This document shows positions 1-6,831 of a stretch of DNA of 15,634 nt, piece after piece (position 1 is the first letter of the stretch; every line of letters begins with the position of its first letter). The stretch spans positions 1-15,634 of the forward strand of contig JAZGAD010000036.1 of NCBI GenBank assembly GCA_036444275.1, read 5' to 3'. A program made the position numbers and the translations under genes. Below the pieces are notes generated by a model that saw nothing but the letters and a program-made list of their open reading frames with translations, searched no databases and was not told the origin of the DNA. The DNA comes from Candidatus Hydrothermarchaeales archaeon (GTDB lineage: Archaea > Hydrothermarchaeota > Hydrothermarchaeia > Hydrothermarchaeales > JAZGAD01).

Positions 1-492
1 TATGTGGCCGACTCTTTCGTAGTTGTTGCCAAGTTGCTTGAGAACGTAGCCGAGTCAGGTGCGAAATTGCTTAACAGTACCTATGTGGACGATATTATAT
101 ACAAAAACGATAGGGTAAGCGGCGTGGTAGTAAACTGGTTCCCAATAACCCAGATGCCTAACTTCATCACCTGTATGGATCCCATAGCACTAGAGAGCAA
201 GATTGTGATAGATGCCACAGGGCACGAGGCTGACATAGCGAAGAAAGTAGCAGATGTCATAGGCATAGAGAAGGAGAAGATGGGGCCTAAAGCTATGAAC
301 GTAACAGAAGCTGAGAAGCTTGTGGTGGAGAACACCAAGCAGATTCATCCAGGACTAGTGATATGCGGAATGGCATCGGCCAGCTTCTTCAACCTACCAA
401 GGATGGGGCCTATATTCGGGGGTATGCTCCTTTCAGGAAAGAAAGCAGCTGAAATTACTCTGGAGCTAATAGAGAAGAAGGTCCTTGTATAA
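1..492 (+). CDS. thi4: Thi4-family adenosine diphosphate thiazole synthase, Cys-type, 5'-partial
   Basis: Frame is open from base 1 (YVADSF...). Thi4 motifs present: GVVVNW, ITCMDP (Cys codon 172-174), VIDATGH, PGLVICGM, PRMGPIFGGMLLSGKKAA. Stop TAA at 490-492. Confidence 0.95.
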   Translation, partial: YVADSFVVVAKLLENVAESGAKLLNSTYVDDIIYKNDRVSGVVVNWFPITQMPNFITCMDPIALESKIVIDATGHEADIAKKVADVIGIEKEKMGPKAMNVTEAEKLVVENTKQIHPGLVICGMASASFFNLPRMGPIFGGMLLSGKKAAEITLELIEKKVLV

Positions 493-523
493 TTGAAGGA
501 CAGATAAACAGAGAGGTAAGAAA

Positions 524-1015
524 TTGGTGTTGATATATAGTGCTCCCTTGGAGAGATGGGAGTGCGTCTATAAAAAGTGCGGCGCACAGTGCTGCATCGG
601 AGGCCGGGAAGTAACAGCTGGAGATATAAGGCGTATCTCCCAGGCAACTGGATACGAACCCGAGGTATTTACAGAGCTGAACGAAGAGAAAGGCCTATTC
701 AAGCTTAAAAGCAAGGGCGATAAGTGCTTCTTCCTCCGCGATGACTACGCATGCGAACTTCACGGGCCAGATGCGGAGCCTATCCTCTGCAGGATGTATC
801 CCTTCAAGTTCGACGGAATAATATACTCAGATGAGATCGTGCTGAGGGTTAAAGCTGTGGAAGACTGCCCGGGATTTGGATGCGGAGAGCAACTAGAGGA
901 GCGCTTTGAAGCCGGCATGGAAGAGCTTGGAAACAAGTTCGTGAGAGAGATAAAGGACTATCTCAAGTTGAAACATGAAGGACTGAGCATTAAAGAGATA
1001 CTGAAGGTGAAATAA
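524..1015 (+). CDS. YkgJ-family (CxxCxxCC, putative Zn/Fe-S chelating) cysteine cluster protein
   Basis: WECVYKKCGAQCC, DIRRI, CFFL...C.LH...P..CRMYPF and CPGFG follow the family pattern. Start is TTG 524 or GTG 527, after GAGAGGT at 511-517. Confidence 0.85.
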   Translation: MVLIYSAPLERWECVYKKCGAQCCIGGREVTAGDIRRISQATGYEPEVFTELNEEKGLFKLKSKGDKCFFLRDDYACELHGPDAEPILCRMYPFKFDGIIYSDEIVLRVKAVEDCPGFGCGEQLEERFEAGMEELGNKFVREIKDYLKLKHEGLSIKEILKVK

Positions 1016-1842
1016 TGGGGCTGACCCTGGACGAAATAAAAAGGTACAGCAGGCAGCTCGTGCTCCCAAATTTTGGAAGTGTCGAACAACATAAGTTGAA
1101 GAACGCCAAGGTAGCGATTACTGGAGCGGGCGGCTTGGGATGTCCTATAGCAACCTATCTCACGCTAGCTGGTGTAGGAAGAATACACATTATAGACATG
1201 GACGAGGTCGACCTGACAAACCTGAATCGGCAGTTCCTATACTTGCCAGAAGATGTAGGCAAACCTAAGGCAGAGTTAGCAGCTGAAAGGCTTACAGAGG
1301 TGAATCCAGAGATAGAGATAGAAGGAATAATGGAGAGGATAACCTATGATAACGCCTTCGACCTACTCAAGGGCTATGACGCTGTCGTAGATGGTACTGA
1401 CAATTTCCCTGTGCGGTACGCAGTGAACGACGCAGCAGTAGTAAACAATATTCCTCTTTTTCATGGCGCTGTACTCATGTACGAGGGCAGGGCAATGAGC
1501 ATAATCCCCAAGGAGACTGCATGCTTCAGGTGTGTCTTTCCAGCACCGCCGCCAGCTGGTATGGTGCCCACGTGCAGGGAAGCTGGAGTAGTCGGCTCCA
1601 TGGTTGGTTTAATCGGCTCTATACAGAGCATGGAGGCAATAAGGTACCTCGTCGGCCACGAGATAGCATTAAAGGACAGGCTTCTCATCGTAAACGGAGA
1701 TACCATGGACTTCCAGAAGGTACTTCTAAAGCGGAGGAGCGACTGCACTGCATGCGGCGATACCTTTGTTTCTAAGCCGGTGGATGAAGTATGTGAAACT
1801 AATGCCGAGATTCAAACAAGCCAAGTGGAAGCTAGAAGATGA
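1015..1842 (+). CDS. E1-like adenylyltransferase of the ThiF/MoeB/HesA family (UbaA-like), without a rhodanese domain
   Basis: RYSRQ, GAGGLG nucleotide-binding loop, D..VDLTNLNRQ, DGTDNF, Zn pairs CFRC and CTAC, PTCREAGVVG. The start overlaps the upstream stop (TAATG). Confidence 0.95.
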   Translation: MGLTLDEIKRYSRQLVLPNFGSVEQHKLKNAKVAITGAGGLGCPIATYLTLAGVGRIHIIDMDEVDLTNLNRQFLYLPEDVGKPKAELAAERLTEVNPEIEIEGIMERITYDNAFDLLKGYDAVVDGTDNFPVRYAVNDAAVVNNIPLFHGAVLMYEGRAMSIIPKETACFRCVFPAPPPAGMVPTCREAGVVGSMVGLIGSIQSMEAIRYLVGHEIALKDRLLIVNGDTMDFQKVLLKRRSDCTACGDTFVSKPVDEVCETNAEIQTSQVEARR

Positions 1843-2093
1843 CCTACGATATAACTGAGGAACTGGATTTAAGGGGTGAGAAGTGCCCCGATACATTCGT
1901 CTATACTAAGATAAAGCTGGAAGAGCTGGCTCACGACGGCGGAGGCATACTCAAGGTAATCGTAGATTTCCAGCCCGCGGTGGAGAACATTCCCAGAAGC
2001 TTGAAGGGCGAGGAGACAGCATACGAGTTGCTGGAGATAAAAAACGTCTCCCCTAACTACGAGCTTATAATCCGGGCTCCTTGCGTAGAATAA
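1839..2093 (+). CDS. tusA: TusA/SirA-family sulfur carrier protein
   Basis: 84 aa with LDLRGEKCPDTFVYTK (Cys codon 1884-1886) and LKVIVD..PAVENIP. ATGA overlap with the E1 gene. Confidence 0.9.
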   Translation: MTYDITEELDLRGEKCPDTFVYTKIKLEELAHDGGGILKVIVDFQPAVENIPRSLKGEETAYELLEIKNVSPNYELIIRAPCVE

Positions 2094-2096
2094 AAC

Positions 2097-2104
2097 TCTT
2101 TTTG
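2097..2104 (+). terminator. Possible weak oligo-T archaeal terminator after tusA
   Basis: TCTTTTTG immediately after the tusA stop, in a 47-nt intergenic gap. Confidence 0.25.
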
Positions 2105-2140
2105 ATGTTATTCCGGCATCGTTAAGCAAGGTTAGGGATC

Positions 2141-3067
2141 ATGAATAAGGACAAGGATAAGATCGTGAGGTCCTATCTGGGTATAAAATACAACCTGGTG
2201 GGTGTACATATATGGAAGAAGGGTGCTAAGCAGGACCCAGATAAGAAGCCCCAGAAGCGGATGCGCTTCTGCCAGGCGGTGAGAGATGCGTCTAATGGAC
2301 AAAGCTTAGATATAACACTAGATGACCTGGCATGTCCCAACGCTGAGGTAACCCTAGGATTCGATGAGCCTGTTTATGTAGATATCCAGCCGAGAATCAC
2401 GCCGGCTGAGACCGAAGTGGTTAGGGTGGCACCTCTAGATGAGACGCAGGATCCAGACGTGGTCCTCATGATACTCACACCGAAACAGACCATGGAAGCA
2501 GCATCCCTGTTAGATGGCTTGGAGGCAAAGTTTTCGGGAAATCTCGCTGTCTGCGGTGAGGCAACAGCAAAGCCCTATATGGACAAGAAGGCTAACATCA
2601 CCTTCCTATGCGGTGGCGCAAGAACCTTCGGGGACTTCAAGGAATCGGAACTCATCTTTGGAGCGCCGCCTGAGGTCTACGACAAGATGGCGGAGCGTAT
2701 AACTGCCCTTTCAAAGACATGTAGAGCACTATGCGGATGCAGAACCAGTGATATCTCGCCGCGCATAGTGAACACCTTCAAGAAGCTGGGCTTCGAGAAG
2801 GGGACAGATTACTTCTTCAGCAAGGTAGACGGATACAATGTTCGCATATACCTCAACAAGGACCTGCAGGGTAGGTTCAAATATGTTACTATACACCTGC
2901 CTATAAAGGGAGAGGTGAAGGTTAAACCAGGCTCACTCTTAGTGGTGAAGAAGAGGGGAAACTGGACAGATGTAGCGGTCACCTTTGGGATAGGCGAGGT
3001 AGTGGATATAAACACCGGCAAGGGATTGAAGGAAGCAATCCATGATATCATAGAAAAGGTCACATAG
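2141..3067 (+). CDS. DUF169-family protein with an additional ~115-aa C-terminal domain
   Basis: RFCQAV, LACPNA..LGF, PDVVLMILTPKQ, AVCGE...PY and LCGGAR......ELIFG match the DUF169 pattern of four conserved Cys. CRALCGC and an unassigned domain follow. Confidence 0.8.
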   Translation: MNKDKDKIVRSYLGIKYNLVGVHIWKKGAKQDPDKKPQKRMRFCQAVRDASNGQSLDITLDDLACPNAEVTLGFDEPVYVDIQPRITPAETEVVRVAPLDETQDPDVVLMILTPKQTMEAASLLDGLEAKFSGNLAVCGEATAKPYMDKKANITFLCGGARTFGDFKESELIFGAPPEVYDKMAERITALSKTCRALCGCRTSDISPRIVNTFKKLGFEKGTDYFFSKVDGYNVRIYLNKDLQGRFKYVTIHLPIKGEVKVKPGSLLVVKKRGNWTDVAVTFGIGEVVDINTGKGLKEAIHDIIEKVT

Positions 3068-3072
3068 GAAAC

Positions 3073-4266
3073 TTGAAAGAGAAGAGAGACGAAACGAGGA
3101 GTTTTATGGAGTATAGATACAAGGGCAAGGTAATAATAAACCCCCTGATGAGGGGCGGTATAATTCCAAAGGAGGTCCAGAAGAAGCTCTTTGAGGATGG
3201 CTGGACAGAGGTCGGGTACAACGTCTGCTTCGACTGCATCGAGGGTAGGTCGAGCTTGATAACGAAGCCAGCTGTAAAGTCCCATCTAGCCGAAATAGCT
3301 GGATTCTTCGGAGGCGATACCGCCGAGCATACCTTTGGATGTAGGAGCGCGCAGTTCGCAGCGATGAAGACTATCGCCCAATCCAGCCCAGAATCCAAGG
3401 TGGTTATAACTGATCCTAACAGCCACTATTCCACGAATATAGCAGCCGAGATGTGCGGCTTTGAGACAGTGGAGCCGCCCCACACCGGTTACCCTGAGTA
3501 CAAGGTTACCCCAGAGAAGTTTCAGGAAAAGATAGAGGATGTAGAGAAGAGCCATGGAAAGCCAGCCCTTGTGGTGGTGACGCATGCTGATCCGTACTAT
3601 GGGAACCTCGCACCGGTAAAGGAGATAGGGGAGATATGCGACGACAAAGAAATCCCCTACATGGTCAATGCTGCTTACACGGGTGGTGTGATTCCTATAG
3701 ACATGAAGAAATTCAACGCAGATTTCCTAACGCTATCCGCTCATAAATCCATGTCCTCAATAGCTCCGTTGGGATACCTAGTTACCACCTACGAATGGAG
3801 CAAGAGGGCCTTCGCCATATCAAAAGCCAAGCCTGATTGGACAGGTAGGGCCTTCGGGGAAAAGATCCCTAACCTCTTCGGATGCAGTATAGGCGGCTTA
3901 CCCCTGGTCAGCTCAATGCTTTCATTTCCCTATGTCAAAGAGCGCGTTAAGAACTGGGAGCAAGAAGTGAAGAGGATCGAAAGCTTCATCGATGCAATGG
4001 AAGATCTAGGAGACTTAATGCTATTAGGGGAGAGACCCCATAGACACCATCTCCTCCACTTTGAGACACCGGTGTTCTGGGAGATCTCAAAAAAGCATAA
4101 GCGCAAGGGATTTTTCTTAGCAAAGTCCATGATCAAGCGGGGCATAGTAGGCCTTCACAAGGGGTTGAGCAAGCACATAAAGCTCTCTATATACGGACTA
4201 AGCGATAGCGAGGTCGAAATGGTTCTAGACGCCTTTAGGGAAGTGATAGAGGAAAACTCTTCCTAG
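3073..4266 (+). CDS. pscS: O-phosphoseryl-tRNA:Cys-tRNA synthase (SepCysS) homolog, divergent, PLP-dependent
   Basis: INPLMRGG, GYNVCFDC (CxxC at 3226-3237), HYST, D.YYGN, NAAY, SAHKSM (PLP Lys at 3745-3747), LFGCS (third Cys at 3883-3885), HKRKGFFL...RGIVGL..GLSK..KLSIYGL. The true start may be ATG 3106, after GAGGAG. Confidence 0.9.
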   Translation: MKEKRDETRSFMEYRYKGKVIINPLMRGGIIPKEVQKKLFEDGWTEVGYNVCFDCIEGRSSLITKPAVKSHLAEIAGFFGGDTAEHTFGCRSAQFAAMKTIAQSSPESKVVITDPNSHYSTNIAAEMCGFETVEPPHTGYPEYKVTPEKFQEKIEDVEKSHGKPALVVVTHADPYYGNLAPVKEIGEICDDKEIPYMVNAAYTGGVIPIDMKKFNADFLTLSAHKSMSSIAPLGYLVTTYEWSKRAFAISKAKPDWTGRAFGEKIPNLFGCSIGGLPLVSSMLSFPYVKERVKNWEQEVKRIESFIDAMEDLGDLMLLGERPHRHHLLHFETPVFWEISKKHKRKGFFLAKSMIKRGIVGLHKGLSKHIKLSIYGLSDSEVEMVLDAFREVIEENSS

Positions 4267-4288
4267 TGGGAAATCTGTTTTTCGGACA

Positions 4289-4304
4289 CGGAAAATCTTT
4301 TTAC
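4289..4304 (+). promoter_or_regulatory. Putative BRE/TATA-like promoter for trkH-trkA-atpH
   Basis: CGGAAAATCTTTTTAC (purine-rich tract followed by a T/A-rich box) about 55-70 nt upstream of the trkH ATG. It is preceded by TGTTTTTC, a possible pscS terminator. Confidence 0.35.
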
Positions 4305-4357
4305 CAGAAGAAACACGACTCTAACATCTAACTTCGATAAGAGTTGGAGAAGTTGCT

Positions 4358-5824
4358 ATGATTCTCATCAGGATTACCAAAGAGGATCTGAAGGTGGTCC
4401 TCCGCGACCTTGGCGCCATTGTGTTCATAATAGGCTACACCCTCCTCGCACCCCTGATAGTAGCCTTCCTTTACGGCGAGAAGAATATGTACTTCGCGTT
4501 CCTTTACCCCAGTGCCTTCGCCATCTGGATCGGCTTCGTCCTCAAGAGGCTCTTCGCCAAGGCCGATGAGACCAAGACCCGGCATGCGGTGATCGTAGCT
4601 GGCTTGGCATGGCTCGTTGTATCTCTAATAGGGTCGTTCCCCTTTCAATACTATGGCGTGGGGTTTCTTGACAGCTATTTCGAGACCATGTCTGGCTTCA
4701 CCACCAGTGGGCTCACGTTGTTCCAGGACGTCGAGGTCCTGCCCAAGAGCCTCCTCTTCTGGAGGGCCTTCATCCAGTGGATAGGCGGCGTAGGCGTCAT
4801 AATGTTATTCCTCGTCGTCATCATCCAGAGGGGCACAGTAGCGGCGAGATTCTACACCGCCGAGGCGAGCGGTGAGAGGATAAGCCCGAGCATAACCAAA
4901 ACCATCAACTACATATGGAGGGTCTACATCGTCTACACCATCATCGGCATCCTCCTCTACTACATAGTGGGGATGAACCTATTTGACGCTGTATCCCATA
5001 CATTCACAGCCTTGGCTACTGCCGGCTTCAGCACTAAGAACGCCAGCATAGGCGCCTATAACAGCCTACCCATAGAGGCAGTATCTGTTCTCCTCATGTT
5101 CCTCGGCGGCACCAGCTTCTTGATATTGTATAGGCTCTTAAAGGGTGAGAAAACCAAGTTTTGGGAAAACCCCGAACTCATGGCCTACGTGGGGTTCATC
5201 TCGGTCTCGACGTTGTTCATATCGGTAAACCTTGTACTTAACGGATACCAAGGGATCGAGGCAATTAGACGGGCTATCTTCCACTCCGTCTCGGCCATAA
5301 CCACCACCGGCTTCTCCACTTCACAACTCGCAGCATGGCCGGACTTCTCGAAGGCTATTTTGCTGTTCCTCATGATATCCGGTGGGACCATGGGCTCAAC
5401 CGCAGGTGGCCTGAAGATCCTGAGGAGTGTAATACTCGTGAAACTCTCCTGGCACGAGATAGTGAGGGCATTGATACCAGAAAGGGCGGTGCTGAGCTTC
5501 AAGGTCAAGGATAAGGTGTTGGAGTACGAGGAGGTTTTACACGTCGCGAGCTTTTTCTTCTTATACACGGCGTTCGTGTTTACCAGCGGCTTGGTGATTA
5601 CCACCTTCGGATACGACTTCTTCGGCGCGGTGTTCACCGTCTCCTCAGCACAGGGTAACGTCGGCCTGCTCTCCGTCCCCACAGCGGTCTGGTACTCCAC
5701 GCCAGCTCCTGCGAAAGTTATATTAATACTAAATATGTGGATAGGTAGGTTAGAGATATTCCCGGCCTTAGCGTTGCTGGGGTCCATAATCGAAAGCATA
5801 CGGAGGACACGACCATCTACGTAA
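4358..5824 (+). CDS. trkH: Trk system potassium uptake membrane protein TrkH
   Basis: Multi-TM protein with four pore loops: FETMSGFTTSG, TALATAGFS, SAITTTGF, SAQGNVG. Also QWIGGVG, GSTAGGLK and GRLEIFP. Confidence 0.96.
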   Translation: MILIRITKEDLKVVLRDLGAIVFIIGYTLLAPLIVAFLYGEKNMYFAFLYPSAFAIWIGFVLKRLFAKADETKTRHAVIVAGLAWLVVSLIGSFPFQYYGVGFLDSYFETMSGFTTSGLTLFQDVEVLPKSLLFWRAFIQWIGGVGVIMLFLVVIIQRGTVAARFYTAEASGERISPSITKTINYIWRVYIVYTIIGILLYYIVGMNLFDAVSHTFTALATAGFSTKNASIGAYNSLPIEAVSVLLMFLGGTSFLILYRLLKGEKTKFWENPELMAYVGFISVSTLFISVNLVLNGYQGIEAIRRAIFHSVSAITTTGFSTSQLAAWPDFSKAILLFLMISGGTMGSTAGGLKILRSVILVKLSWHEIVRALIPERAVLSFKVKDKVLEYEEVLHVASFFFLYTAFVFTSGLVITTFGYDFFGAVFTVSSAQGNVGLLSVPTAVWYSTPAPAKVILILNMWIGRLEIFPALALLGSIIESIRRTRPST

Positions 5825-6468
5825 TCATCCTCGGAGCAGGACGGGTTGGAAGGCACCTGGCGAGTCTCTTGCTGGAGCGAAAGCATGAGGTGGCCATTAT
5901 AGAGAAGGACAAGGATAAATGCCAAGAACTTTCACAAGAGATGGATCTCCTGGTGGTCAATGGGAATGGTACCCAACCTAAGAACCTAGAAGATTTGAAT
6001 GTAAAGAACTGCAATGTATTTGTTGCTGCAACTGGCAAAGACGAGGTAAACCTTCTCTCATGCCTAGTAGCTAAGAACATGGGTGTGAAGAGTGTTATAG
6101 CCAGGGTAGGCAACCCAGAGTACCAAGATGTGTTTAAAAAATTGGGCATAGACCATGTTATCAGCCCAGAGGTGACTGCTTCTACATACATAGAAAAACT
6201 AATTATGCGCCCGGGTGTTGCGGACTTAGCAATCCTGGGACGGTCTGACGTGGAGATCCTCGAATTCTTGGTCACAGAAGATTCTTATATATTCGGGAGG
6301 GAAGTAGGCAGTATTAAATCTAATGGATTCCTCTTTATAGCTATCTACAAGAACAGCGATCTAATCATACCAACTGGTAAAACAATGTTCAAGAAGGATG
6401 ACAGGGTCCTCGTACTCCTAAAGACCGAGATGGTAAAGGAGGTAGAGAGGCTATTCATGGCACCCTAG
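5815..6468 (+). CDS. trkA: Trk system regulatory subunit TrkA (single RCK_N + RCK_C), start extended upstream of the ORF track
   Basis: In-frame sequence from 5815 reads (I/M)YVIILGAGRVGRHLA, the Rossmann GxGxxG. Then VAIIEKD, GNGT, FVAATGKDEVN, VIARV and VISPE. GGAGG at 5802-5806 lies 8 nt before ATC 5815. Confidence 0.93.
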   Translation: MYVIILGAGRVGRHLASLLLERKHEVAIIEKDKDKCQELSQEMDLLVVNGNGTQPKNLEDLNVKNCNVFVAATGKDEVNLLSCLVAKNMGVKSVIARVGNPEYQDVFKKLGIDHVISPEVTASTYIEKLIMRPGVADLAILGRSDVEILEFLVTEDSYIFGREVGSIKSNGFLFIAIYKNSDLIIPTGKTMFKKDDRVLVLLKTEMVKEVERLFMAP

Positions 6469-6485
6469 ATTAAGAGGGATAGTAG

Positions 6486-6803
6486 ATGGTTACCGATGTT
6501 CTAACAGAGGTTAAAAGGATAGAAACCGAGGCAGAGAACTTAATAGAGAAGGCTGAGGAGAGGCAGAGAGCCCTCGTAGAAGAAGCCGGTAAGAAAGCTG
6601 AAAAGATAGTTGAAGACGCAAGGAAAAAGGCACTGGATGAGGGCAAGAAGTTGGCGGAGAAGGCCAGAGATGAGGGAGAGAAGGAAGCTATAGCAATAGC
6701 CGAGGCATGTGAGAAGGAAATCATATCTCTAAAGAAAAAAGGAAGCAAAAATCTCGAAAAGGCAGCCAACGCCATAGTGGATGCTATAATACGAACTGAG
6801 TGA
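6486..6803 (+). CDS. A/V-type ATP synthase peripheral stalk subunit H (Vma10/G-like), stand-alone
   Basis: 105-aa E/K/A-rich coiled coil. It begins DVLTEVKRIETEAENLIEKA and ends KNLEKAANAIVDAI, typical of archaeal subunit H. Low complexity limits certainty. Confidence 0.7.
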   Translation: MVTDVLTEVKRIETEAENLIEKAEERQRALVEEAGKKAEKIVEDARKKALDEGKKLAEKARDEGEKEAIAIAEACEKEIISLKKKGSKNLEKAANAIVDAIIRTE

Positions 6804-6805
6804 TT

Positions 6806-6831
6806 GAAGGCCTTCCAAGGGCTACGCCCTT
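6806..6831. terminator. Palindrome plus hairpin at the convergence of atpH and oppF; possible terminator
   Basis: GAAGGCCTTC (6806-6815) is a perfect palindrome. AAGGGC-TAC-GCCCTT (6817-6831) forms a 6-bp stem spanning the oppF stop. Confidence 0.3.

Noticed and set aside
4-6. GTG at base 4 as the thi4 start (and likewise ATG 15613 for the DUF515 gene)
   Set aside because: Both frames stay open to the window edge and lack their expected N-terminal regions, so both genes are truncated by the window.
4358-5824. trkH looks richer in C-ending codons than the adjacent trkA
   Set aside because: Visual impression only, not computed. It could reflect hydrophobic amino-acid composition, and no flanking mobility signals support horizontal transfer.
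5869-5871. TTG start for trkA given by the ORF track
   Set aside because: It would remove the nucleotide-binding GxGxxG motif. The homology start is at 5815.
5185-5925. 246-aa minus-strand ORF, plus the other antisense and nested ORFs in the track (e.g. 81-338, 2809-3285, 5817-6275, 6470-6838, 9728-10099, 13835-14179)
   Set aside because: They lie opposite or inside well-supported genes and have no recognisable motifs, so they are shadow ORFs.
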